From positions 89,045 through 153,044 of the forward strand of contig CAZMYM010000002.1 in NCBI GenBank assembly GCA_964570515.1: a DNA stretch of 64,000 nucleotides. Reading direction: 5' to 3'. A program made the position numbers and the translations under genes. The stretch's first letter is position 1; each line of letters starts with the position of its first letter. The DNA is from an uncultured Thermotogae bacterium (GTDB lineage Bacteria > Bipolaricaulota > Bipolaricaulia > UBA7950 > UBA9294). Shown one piece after another: positions 9,535-18,063 of this stretch. Under the pieces are notes generated by a model. That model worked only from the letters and a program-made list of their open reading frames with translations. It searched no databases and was not told the origin of the DNA.

Positions 9535-12312
9535 ATGAAGTACGTCTACTTCTTCAGCAAGGACCAATCGGATGGCGACGCAAAGATGAAGGAACTGCTC
9601 GGCGGAAAGGGAGCCAACCTCGCTGAGATGGCGAGTCTGGGCCTCCCGGTGCCCCCGGGCTTCACGTGCACGACCGAGGCTTGCGACAAGTACTACAAGC
9701 TTGGGAAGACGAAGCTGTTCGCCTCATTGAAGCCGGAGATCGACGCAGCGCTGAAGCGGCTTGAGAAGGCCACGGGCAAGACGTTCGGGGTAGGGCCAAA
9801 CCCGCTCCTCCTGTCCGTCCGGTCAGGCGCCGCCGTTTCGATGCCGGGGATGATGGACACGGTCCTCAACCTCGGCCTCACGCCGGCGACGATCAAGGCG
9901 CTGATCGAATCGAGCGGCAACGAGCGCTTCGTGATGGACTCCTATCGGCGCTTCATCCAGATGTTCGGAAACGTCGTGATGGGCGTCGACCACCACGCGT
10001 TCGAGCACGAGCTCGAGGCGGTCAAGAAGGCGAAGCGAGCGAAGCTCGACACCGACCTGAGCGTGGCCGGCCTCGTCGAGGTCATCGAGCGCTACAAGGC
10101 GGTCTACAAGAAGGCCACCGGCAAAGCGTTCCCGACCAGTCCGATGGAGCAGCTCTACGCAGGGATCGACGCCGTCTTCCGCTCGTGGAACACGCCGCGC
10201 GCAGAGAAATACCGCCAGCTGAACGACATTCGCGGCCTCCTCGGAACCGCGGTCAACGTGCAGACGATGGTCTTCGGCAACAGCGGTGAGAACTCCGCCA
10301 CCGGCGTCGCGTTCACGCGCGATCCGTCGACGGGGGACAACAAGTACTTCTACGGGGAGTACCTCGTCAACGCCCAGGGCGAGGACGTGGTCGCCGGCAT
10401 CCGCACGCCTCAGGAGATCACGCTGAAGGGATCCCGAGCGTGGGCGAAATCACAGGGCGTCAGCGAAGGGGAGCGGAAAGCCAATTTCCCGTCGCTCGAG
10501 GAAGTGATGCCGAAGGCGTTCAAGCAACTCGACGCGATCCGCGTCAAGCTGGAGAAGCGCTACAAAGACATGCAGGATCTCGAATTCACGATCGAGAACG
10601 GAAGCCTCTACATCCTGCAAACGCGAAACGGAAAGCGGACGGCCCAGGCCGCCGTGCGAATCGCCACCGACCTCGCCAAAGAAAAGCTGATCTCCGAGAA
10701 GCAGGCGGTGCTCCGTGTCGACCCCGCGTCGCTCGATCAGTTGCTCCATCCCGTGTTCGTCAAGGCATCCGAGGACAAGGCCCAGCAGATCGCCGTCGGG
10801 CTTCCCGCCTCGCCGGGCGCCGCTACGGGCCAGGTCGTGTTCACCGCCGAGGACGCCGAGGCGTGGGCCGCCAAGGGCAGGCGCGTCATCCTCTGCCGTA
10901 CCGAGACGAGCCCCGAAGACATCGGCGGCATGGACGCCGCCAACGGGATTCTGACCTCGCGTGGCGGCATGACCTCCCACGCCGCTGTCGTCGCTCGAGG
11001 CATGGGACGATGCTGCGTGGCTGGCGTCGGGGACGTCAACATCAACTACAAGACGAAGCGGTTCACCTGCAGTGGCGTCACGATCAAAGAGGGCGACTGG
11101 ATCTCCCTCAACGGATCCAAGGGATTCGTCTACAAGGGTCAGATCGACACCGTTGACCCGAGCCTGACCGGTCCGTTCGGCACGATCATGAAGCTTGCCG
11201 ACAAGTACCGGAAACTCGGCGTCCGCACGAATGCGGACACCCCGCACGATGCGGCCGTGGCCGTGAAGTTCGGCGCCGAAGGAATCGGCCTCTGCCGAAC
11301 CGAGCACATGTTCTTCGAGGGAAGCCGAATCGTCTCCTTCCGGCGACTGATCCTCGTCGCCGAGACGGTCAAGCGACTCCGTGAAGCCCACGGCATCGTG
11401 GATCTGGCCGCCCTGCAGAAGGCATGCGGCAAGGATGCCAAGGCCGTCGAGGCGATCAAGCAGTACCGACAGGCACTGCGGGAACTCCTCCCGCTGCAGC
11501 GCAAGGACTTCGCCGGGATCTTCAAGGCGCTCAAGGGCAGACCGTGCACCGTCCGTCTGCTCGATCCGCCACTCCACGAATTCCTTCCGCAGGATGCGGC
11601 AGGGCAGAAGGAGATGGCCGAGACGATGGGCGTCAAGCCGATCGAGATCAAACGCCTCGTCGAGGCCCTGCACGAGTTCAACCCGATGCTCGGCCATCGG
11701 GGCTGCCGACTCGGGATCACCTACCCTGAAGTGACCGAGATGCAGACGCGCGCGATCTGTGAGGCCGCCGTGGCCGTCAAGGGCTCGAAGCCCGAGATTA
11801 TGATCCCGCTCGTCGGGCACGTGAAGGAGCTCGCGAACCAGAAGGCGATCGTCGAACGGACCATCGCCGACGTGGAACAGAAGAAAGGCGTCAAGCTGAA
11901 CGTCCTCATCGGCACGATGATCGAGGTCCCGCGGGCCGCGGTGACCGCCGATGAGATCGCGAAGGAAGCGGAGTTCTTCAGCTTCGGAACGAACGACCTC
12001 ACCCAGATGGGCTGCGGCTTCTCACGCGATGACGCCGGGAAGTTCCTCGGCGACTACGTCGAGATGGGCGTCTACGAGTACGACCCGTTCCAGGTGCTCG
12101 ATCAGGACGGCGTCGGGAAGCTCCTTTCGATGGCCTGCGAGCTCGGGCGGAAGGCCCGCCCTGACATCAAGCTAGGGATCTGCGGCGAACACGGCGGCGA
12201 GCCGAAGTCGGTCGCCTTCTGCCACAAGGTCGGCCTCGACTACGTCAGTTGCAGTCCCTACCGCGTGCCGATTGCACGCTTGTCAGCAGCTCAAGCAGCC
12301 ATTCGAGGCTAG
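9535..12312 (+). CDS. ppdK: Pyruvate, phosphate dikinase
   Basis: 925 aa. The N-terminus MKYVYFFSKDQSDGDAKMKELLGGKGANLAEM and the phosphohistidine region GGMTSHAAVVARGMG fit PPDK, as does the C-terminal PEP-utilising TIM domain. GGAGG RBS. Confidence 0.95.
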   Translation: MKYVYFFSKDQSDGDAKMKELLGGKGANLAEMASLGLPVPPGFTCTTEACDKYYKLGKTKLFASLKPEIDAALKRLEKATGKTFGVGPNPLLLSVRSGAAVSMPGMMDTVLNLGLTPATIKALIESSGNERFVMDSYRRFIQMFGNVVMGVDHHAFEHELEAVKKAKRAKLDTDLSVAGLVEVIERYKAVYKKATGKAFPTSPMEQLYAGIDAVFRSWNTPRAEKYRQLNDIRGLLGTAVNVQTMVFGNSGENSATGVAFTRDPSTGDNKYFYGEYLVNAQGEDVVAGIRTPQEITLKGSRAWAKSQGVSEGERKANFPSLEEVMPKAFKQLDAIRVKLEKRYKDMQDLEFTIENGSLYILQTRNGKRTAQAAVRIATDLAKEKLISEKQAVLRVDPASLDQLLHPVFVKASEDKAQQIAVGLPASPGAATGQVVFTAEDAEAWAAKGRRVILCRTETSPEDIGGMDAANGILTSRGGMTSHAAVVARGMGRCCVAGVGDVNINYKTKRFTCSGVTIKEGDWISLNGSKGFVYKGQIDTVDPSLTGPFGTIMKLADKYRKLGVRTNADTPHDAAVAVKFGAEGIGLCRTEHMFFEGSRIVSFRRLILVAETVKRLREAHGIVDLAALQKACGKDAKAVEAIKQYRQALRELLPLQRKDFAGIFKALKGRPCTVRLLDPPLHEFLPQDAAGQKEMAETMGVKPIEIKRLVEALHEFNPMLGHRGCRLGITYPEVTEMQTRAICEAAVAVKGSKPEIMIPLVGHVKELANQKAIVERTIADVEQKKGVKLNVLIGTMIEVPRAAVTADEIAKEAEFFSFGTNDLTQMGCGFSRDDAGKFLGDYVEMGVYEYDPFQVLDQDGVGKLLSMACELGRKARPDIKLGICGEHGGEPKSVAFCHKVGLDYVSCSPYRVPIARLSAAQAAIRG

Positions 12313-12336
12313 ACATCCTGGAGAAGATTCAGACTA

Positions 12337-12391
12337 AGAGAAGCCCTGGCATCAGCTGGGGCTTCTCTCTGTTACTCATCTGCGATGAGTA
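12337..12391. terminator. Two consecutive stem-loops between convergent ppdK and the NTPase gene
   Basis: AGAGAAGCCC-12 nt loop-GGGCTTCTCT (12337-12368), then TACTCATC-TGC-GATGAGTA (12373-12391). No clear U-tract. Confidence 0.45.
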
Positions 12392-12426
12392 GCCGGCGGC
12401 AGGCGCATACAGGCAGCGCTAGCTCG

Positions 12427-13620
12427 TTAGTCCGCGTCGTCAGTCCCAGATGGGTATCTTCGCTGTAGATACCGATCGAACTGCGGAACCGTGAACGCTG
12501 CGTATCCGTGCCCCGGCGTGTAGAGCAACCCCTTTTCGATCAACCTCGAGCGAATGGGACCTGCTTGCTCCGACGTGCGGTTGATTCGCCTGGCGACTTC
12601 GCTTGCTCGCTGAGCTTCTGGTCCAAGCTCCGCCATGGCGCAGAGGTATCTTAGTTCCAGATTGGTCGTACGATCCGCGCGAACGCGGAAGAAACTCTCA
12701 TCCAGCTTCGCCTCAACCAAGGGTAGGACCTGGGTCGCATCATCACCTGTGATGGGCGAATCGGAGGACTCATCCCAGAGAAGTTTGCCGTACTCTTGCA
12801 AGAAGTATGGGTAGCCCTGCGTATACCCGACGACGAAGTCCACTGCGGAATTCTGATACTCAACATCCAGTGCCTGGGCCGGCAACGTCAGCGCATCACG
12901 GGCATCCGAGTCCAGTCCAAGCTTCCCAATTATCGGGAACTCGAACAGCCTCTCGCTGTAGGAGCGCGCTTCACCTGCCAGGCGAGGGATTTGGGGCAGA
13001 CCGGCACCTACCAGGGTTATCGGAAGGGACCTGCGTGAGCACTTGTGGAGAGCTGTGATCAGTGCCTCGAGTTCTCTCGATTCGAGGTACTGGATCTCAT
13101 CGAGAAGGAAGATAACTCCGGTCTCTCGCTCGCGTGCTGCTTCCCCCAGCGCAACGAACAGGTCCGAGAGGTCCTCTGACAGAGCGCCGCTATCGCCAAC
13201 GCCTGCGAGTGCATCTACATTGAGGCCCGCGGTGACTGCCCCGTCAGGGTTGAATGTGATTGTGAATGACTTGAGGATGGCGGCGGCCCGTCTTGCTCGA
13301 TCCGTCCAACGGGCCTTGGGCGCAATCTGGAGCAACGCCCGCCTCGTCTGGGTCGCGATCTTCGATTCGAGCGATGTCGCCTTCTCGACTTCCCACTCTA
13401 CGGTTGCCCAGTTCCTATCCTCTGCCTTCTCGCGAAACACATCGAGCAAAACGGTCTTCCCGACGCCTCGAAGGCCGGTGACGATCATCGACTTCTCCGC
13501 GTATCCGTTCTCGAGACGCTCAAGGAGAATGTCGAACGATTCAATCTGCTCGTCACGACCGACAAGAGCCGGAGGTTTGGTCCCAGCTCCGGGAGCATAG
13601 GGGTTTGTTCGTGGATCCAT
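12427..13620 (-). CDS. P-loop NTPase (AAA/Orc1-Cdc6-like ATPase) with C-terminal winged-helix domain
   Basis: 397 aa. Walker A GLRGVGKTVLL, Walker B VIFLLDEIQYL, and a C-terminal wHTH-like segment (LRYLCAMAELGP...ASEVARRINRTSEQAGPIRSRLIEKGLLY). AAGGAG RBS. Confidence 0.75.
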   Translation of the reverse strand: MDPRTNPYAPGAGTKPPALVGRDEQIESFDILLERLENGYAEKSMIVTGLRGVGKTVLLDVFREKAEDRNWATVEWEVEKATSLESKIATQTRRALLQIAPKARWTDRARRAAAILKSFTITFNPDGAVTAGLNVDALAGVGDSGALSEDLSDLFVALGEAARERETGVIFLLDEIQYLESRELEALITALHKCSRRSLPITLVGAGLPQIPRLAGEARSYSERLFEFPIIGKLGLDSDARDALTLPAQALDVEYQNSAVDFVVGYTQGYPYFLQEYGKLLWDESSDSPITGDDATQVLPLVEAKLDESFFRVRADRTTNLELRYLCAMAELGPEAQRASEVARRINRTSEQAGPIRSRLIEKGLLYTPGHGYAAFTVPQFDRYLQRRYPSGTDDAD

Positions 13621-13758
13621 GACCGCTCCTTTACAGACTAAACGGATCTTATCAGATTTCCGTAAGTCGCGTCTAGTTCGTAAAGGTCGTCATCGCATGC
13701 TTCTCGACGCAAGAGGGATCCGTAGATCCCGACAGGCTTCCCACCACCGAACCTGCAA

Positions 13759-14118
13759 TCAGCCGCCGCGTGGACCAGTTGACTGGGTCTCATCGTTCCT
13801 TTGTTCAATGCTGAACAGCCACCACCGCTTCGTCCGGTCGCGACCACGAGGCTGCCTCTCGAAGTAGATTCTCGCTCTCCGGTTGTCCGTAGTCTGGACC
13901 TCGAACCAGTGCTTCCGCACGTACGACTCCGAATTGCCGTGTGTGCACGGTCCGGTCTCCCGCCAGGCGCGAAGCACCGCGACAGTCCCGAGCCGTTCGC
14001 CGCACCAGACGAACTCGCGAGGCAGGCCCGGCCCGCCAACGGCCATGGCCCTCGGATCGACGGTCGAGACAACAGGCTGGATCAGTTCCGAAACGAATTC
14101 CATGTTCACTTCCGTCAT
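13759..14118 (-). CDS. Small Trp/Arg-rich hypothetical protein (possibly DUF6504-like; memory-based)
   Basis: 119 aa counted from the internal ATG at 14118, 10 nt after the upstream stop. Sequence: ...PREFVWCGERLGTVAVLRAWRE...KHWFEVQTTDNRRARIYFERQ...KRWWLFSI. Confidence 0.55.
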   Translation of the reverse strand: MTEVNMEFVSELIQPVVSTVDPRAMAVGGPGLPREFVWCGERLGTVAVLRAWRETGPCTHGNSESYVRKHWFEVQTTDNRRARIYFERQPRGRDRTKRWWLFSIEQRNDETQSTGPRGG

Positions 14119-14128
14119 TATCACGATG

Positions 14129-14917
14129 CTAGGCACCGCTCGCGGTACGGCGCCGCTCAATCGCGTCCACACGTTGAAGTAGCGCGAAAGCGCATCCGAC
14201 CTGGGCGGCCTTCGCAATTGGGCCGAGAACGGAAGTTCCAAACATCATCGTATCGCCGGGCGGTTTTCGATAGAAGAGGCTCTCGCGCTCAACCGCTTCG
14301 GTGAGCATTGACGCATTCGCTATGTACCTTCCATTCTCGGCAGATGTCGCACTCCAAGCCCATCGACCGATCACTGCGCGGTGTCGAGTATCATGCGTCG
14401 CATCAACGATCTGCGGAACCAGGCGACGAATCTGTTGGGGACTGTACTGTCCACTTCTCGACAACCCTACCTCGAATTCTGCCCGTAGCATCGCACCTAC
14501 CTTGTCAAACTGCGCCCGCTGCCACGCCGCCTCCAGGGTAGCAGCGACGTCAGGGAGGTCCGAGACTCCAGCCTTCTGAAGCACTTCAGTTGCCGAGGCG
14601 ATGGCTGCTGACAACTCGACATCCGGCATTCTCCCGACCGCGTTGAGCGCCGCACCGAACAGCAGAATGGCCGGTCCTTCGTAGACGTCCATGATCTGCT
14701 TGCCTGCCCCGTAGGACGCCCCTGCTGCTACGATGGATCTGTAGTCTTCCCTCTTCTGCAAGAGATCAGCCAGTTCGGAAAGTGTTGGTCGCCACGTATC
14801 GTGGCTGTCCTGAATCGCCGCAGCGAGACCTCTCAGTTGGAATGGCGTGGTTGGTGGGTACTCCGTGTGATCAATGAAGGCAGCCTCGTAGGCTGGGTCG
14901 AGTATTGTGTGCTTCAT
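14129..14917 (-). CDS. Hypothetical protein, no recognisable motif
   Basis: 262-aa ORF with coding-like composition and a GAGG RBS. It is tightly coupled to the downstream 119-aa gene. Confidence 0.55.
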   Translation of the reverse strand: MKHTILDPAYEAAFIDHTEYPPTTPFQLRGLAAAIQDSHDTWRPTLSELADLLQKREDYRSIVAAGASYGAGKQIMDVYEGPAILLFGAALNAVGRMPDVELSAAIASATEVLQKAGVSDLPDVAATLEAAWQRAQFDKVGAMLRAEFEVGLSRSGQYSPQQIRRLVPQIVDATHDTRHRAVIGRWAWSATSAENGRYIANASMLTEAVERESLFYRKPPGDTMMFGTSVLGPIAKAAQVGCAFALLQRVDAIERRRTASGA

Positions 14918-15005
14918 GGTTGCCTCGACGAACCTCGCCGGCGTGGTCCTCGTGTGCCTAACGCCTTGCCATTATCCGGTCTTCGCTCATCCTCACTTCG
15001 TGGCA

Positions 15006-16187
15006 TTAGGATCGACCGTCCTTGCCAAGGCGAGGCCTGTAGTGCTCAATCGCCGCTTGGGTGCGCATCAGATCCTCCTCCGCGCCCTGGAGGTGCCGTC
15101 GCTCTCGAAGGATGGGTCCGTTCCAACCTACGTCGCCCCATTCCTTCGGCCATTGCCAGTAGATCTCCTCGTCGTTCTTCCAGCCGCCCGATCCCCACAA
15201 CTCACAGATTCTCAGCAGCTCCTTCTTACGAAACTCCAGAACAGAGATGAACTCGGAGAGCGACAGGATGTACAGCAGACTTCTATCTCGGCCGAGCCGT
15301 TCCTGCTTCTCGTTGTGGGCCTTCGCGGCTTCCGCATATGCATCGTAGTCGTATTCGAAATCTGGCAGCGAGGCGGCCACGGCAGACCAGAAAGCATACC
15401 TCTCGTCGACCTTGGCATCGGTGGCCATCTTCCGTTGATGGTGCCAAAGAAAGTGACCGTCGAAGTCCCGCAAGAGCTCCGCGACAAGTCGTTTGTGCCG
15501 AAGCTCCGTGGCGAGAGTGCCGCCCACCATTACGGCCCTTTGGGCCTCGGCATCGTCTACGCGCTGCCCGTGAACGATAGCGTTGGCGAGCTGGATGAAC
15601 TCGCGCAGGTTGGAGGCGAGGCCAGAATCGATGGCCTCCTCCTTCTCGAGAAGGGAGATGGACTCGGATACCGGTCGAGATCGGTGCGCGCGTGAACTGA
15701 CCCTGCATTGCTCCTGAAAGTCGACTCCCTTGGGATAGTGCGACCGCGAAAGCAGAAACAACTCTCTCTCAATCTCAAGCCTCACCTGAGCGATAGCGAG
15801 TCGAGGATCGCTGTGGGTGGCGGGACCCACAGCAACCGCAGCGGTGGAGCCAGACGCTTCGGAGCGCACTGAAGCGGAGACCACCTTCGCTTCAAGCTGG
15901 CCCAACAAAATTTGCCTATAGTTCTCCTCATCCCGATAGTCGCCCGGGCCGTACAGCTTGCCCGGGTGTTTGCTGACAAGCCACGCGAAGACGGCGAGGA
16001 CGATCGGCGGGAAGAGAACAAGAAACCAGATGAGGGGTTGGCGCTCGCCCGCTTCCATCGAACGGGCAAATGCCGTTACGAGAGCCGCGACGCCGTAGAC
16101 AAGGACAATGAACAGGGCGATGATCCCAAGGGGGTTTCTCGTGAGTCCCTTCGCAGTCTCAGCGAACGTCTTTAGGTTGTCTGTCAC
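15006..16187 (-). CDS. 2-TM membrane protein with cytoplasmic DUF4145/HEPN-like helical domain and Trp-rich C-terminus
   Basis: 393 aa with a GTG start. Two N-terminal hydrophobic helices (GIIALFIVLVYGVAALVTAF; LIWFLVLFPPIVLAVFAWLV). LREFIQLANAIVHGQRVDDAEAQRAV resembles the DUF4145 '..R..GN...H' helix. The C-terminus contains WGSGGWKNDEEIYWQWPKEWGDVGWNG. Confidence 0.6.
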   Translation of the reverse strand: MTDNLKTFAETAKGLTRNPLGIIALFIVLVYGVAALVTAFARSMEAGERQPLIWFLVLFPPIVLAVFAWLVSKHPGKLYGPGDYRDEENYRQILLGQLEAKVVSASVRSEASGSTAAVAVGPATHSDPRLAIAQVRLEIERELFLLSRSHYPKGVDFQEQCRVSSRAHRSRPVSESISLLEKEEAIDSGLASNLREFIQLANAIVHGQRVDDAEAQRAVMVGGTLATELRHKRLVAELLRDFDGHFLWHHQRKMATDAKVDERYAFWSAVAASLPDFEYDYDAYAEAAKAHNEKQERLGRDRSLLYILSLSEFISVLEFRKKELLRICELWGSGGWKNDEEIYWQWPKEWGDVGWNGPILRERRHLQGAEEDLMRTQAAIEHYRPRLGKDGRS

Positions 16188-16290
16188 CTACTGGGCTCCA
16201 TTCTACTGCTCTTCAGGATAACGCTACAGCTCAGCGGCAGCAATGAAGCGTAGCGGGATTGCTGTCCGGTGAAGCGCCTTGCTGGGCACT

Positions 16291-18063
16291 CTATTCCTTT
16301 CTCCAACGACTTATCACATCCGAGAACGTCACATCCCGCCACGGCTCTTTCCATTCCTTGTGGACACAAACGCTCTGCGAATGCGGTTCGGGCTTCGGCA
16401 ATGGCATCTGGACAACGGCCGGAAGCAAGACAGCATCGCCCACCACAACGCATTCGCCGGGGGCAAGGTTAGGAAGAATGTCTGTAATCCCGCTTGAATT
16501 GTCCGGGAATAGCCTCCTCACGTAGTTTTGATCGGCGTTGTTCGTGAGCCGGAGCGCCAGGAAGTTGTTGCACTGCGCGAAAATCGTCTCGGAGACTTCT
16601 GACGGGCGTTGGCTCACGACCATGAGGCTGAGCCCGTATTTCCTTCCCTCTTTCGCTACCCGCTCCAGCGACTTGCGTGATGACCGATACGCGGCGTCGT
16701 CTTTTTGCGGGATGTAGTTGTGGGCTTCCTCGCAAACGATCATGACAGGCACATCGTTCAGAGCATCACTCTCGTGGCGTAGCTTCGAGTAGTGGAAGCA
16801 GAAATCGAAAATCAACCGTGAGACGAGACTCACCGTAATGCTCAGAACCTCGAAGGGAATGCCGCTGAGGTCCACAATCGTGACATTCGCCCTGTTCAGA
16901 TAGCCCACGAACTGCTTCATGATCTCCTCGAAATCCCCGCTCTTGAAAGGCTTCTTGTCAGGCCTGGCAGGGTGAAGCAAGAACCGTAGGCGTTTGTCTG
17001 CAAGCTTGGTTTCCAGGCGCGACACGAAGCGGTTGAATTCACCATTGAACGGCCCGTTTGTCGCTTTGTCGGCCTTGGAAGTTGAAGCGATGGCGAAGGA
17101 TACGGCTGCATCGAAGTAGATACGACGATCAGATACTAGGGTGCCATCCGCCAGTTTCGGCCGATTCTCGTTCTCAAGGCGACCGATCACCTCTCGGTTC
17201 ATGTTCTCGATGTACTGATAGACTTCAGTAATCGAGAAGTACACCGGGGTGTCGTAGGTCATCTCCTTAATCCCAGGATTGTGCTTCTCCTTGTTCAGAA
17301 TGACCGCTTGCTTGAACTTGCTGACCTGATTGTGGGAGCTCTGCTCGTTGCTCTCAATGAACATGCTCTCCAACTCCTCGGAGTTCATGAGCCAGTAGGG
17401 TAGTTGGAGACTGTCAATGTCCAGACGATTCAGCGTGAAGCTCTGCTTCTTCTGCAATGTGAACGCGGCTGTGTACTCGTCATGGATGTCGAAGATGACG
17501 ACGTGGGAGTTGTTCTGTTTCCCGATGCGCGTGTTCTTCTCATCGGCGATTCCCACTACGTCGTGGAGGATCTGAGCGACAGTGCAGGATTTCCCGGAGC
17601 CGGTGGACCCGACGACTGCAACGTGTTTGCTGAAGAAACGGTCGCCATGGATCTTCATGCCTATTGCCTTGTTCAACGACAACTTGCCAAGAGGAAACTG
17701 ATAGTCGACATCTTCAGCAAAGAGCTTGTCGAGGGTGTCTTCGTCTCCTGGAAACGCCAGCTCAGTTGGCACAGGCAGGAGAACACTCGCACGCTCAAAT
17801 GTCTTGCCGTCAACGAGGGTGCCGACCGCCTGGCACTCAATGTGAAACTGCCATTTCGGCTTCCCCTCAGTAGCCTGGTCGGTAACGCCACGGACATTGC
17901 GGATAGCAGCAACGGTGAAATCGTTGTTCCCCTGGGCAATCCGTAAGTAGCGCCCCACTTGCAGGGCCGCCTTGTGTTCTTCGAACACCTTCAAATCGTC
18001 AACGAGCACGATGATTGCCTCGGGGGAACAGGAGAGAACCTGGCCGATGCTATTCGTGGACAT
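16291..18063 (-). CDS. herA: HerA-like (FtsK/HerA superfamily) ATPase of a DUF4297-HerA defence pair
   Basis: 590 aa with an N-terminal HAS-barrel-like region. Walker A VVGSTGSGKS, then FDIHDEY, Walker B VMIVCEEAHNYIP, and GRKYGLSLMVVSQRPSEV. Confidence 0.85.
   Translation of the reverse strand: MSTNSIGQVLSCSPEAIIVLVDDLKVFEEHKAALQVGRYLRIAQGNNDFTVAAIRNVRGVTDQATEGKPKWQFHIECQAVGTLVDGKTFERASVLLPVPTELAFPGDEDTLDKLFAEDVDYQFPLGKLSLNKAIGMKIHGDRFFSKHVAVVGSTGSGKSCTVAQILHDVVGIADEKNTRIGKQNNSHVVIFDIHDEYTAAFTLQKKQSFTLNRLDIDSLQLPYWLMNSEELESMFIESNEQSSHNQVSKFKQAVILNKEKHNPGIKEMTYDTPVYFSITEVYQYIENMNREVIGRLENENRPKLADGTLVSDRRIYFDAAVSFAIASTSKADKATNGPFNGEFNRFVSRLETKLADKRLRFLLHPARPDKKPFKSGDFEEIMKQFVGYLNRANVTIVDLSGIPFEVLSITVSLVSRLIFDFCFHYSKLRHESDALNDVPVMIVCEEAHNYIPQKDDAAYRSSRKSLERVAKEGRKYGLSLMVVSQRPSEVSETIFAQCNNFLALRLTNNADQNYVRRLFPDNSSGITDILPNLAPGECVVVGDAVLLPAVVQMPLPKPEPHSQSVCVHKEWKEPWRDVTFSDVISRWRKE

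Noticed and set aside
10450-11820. 456-aa minus-strand ORF
   Set aside because: It lies antisense within ppdK and has no recognisable motifs; it is a shadow ORF of a high-GC gene.
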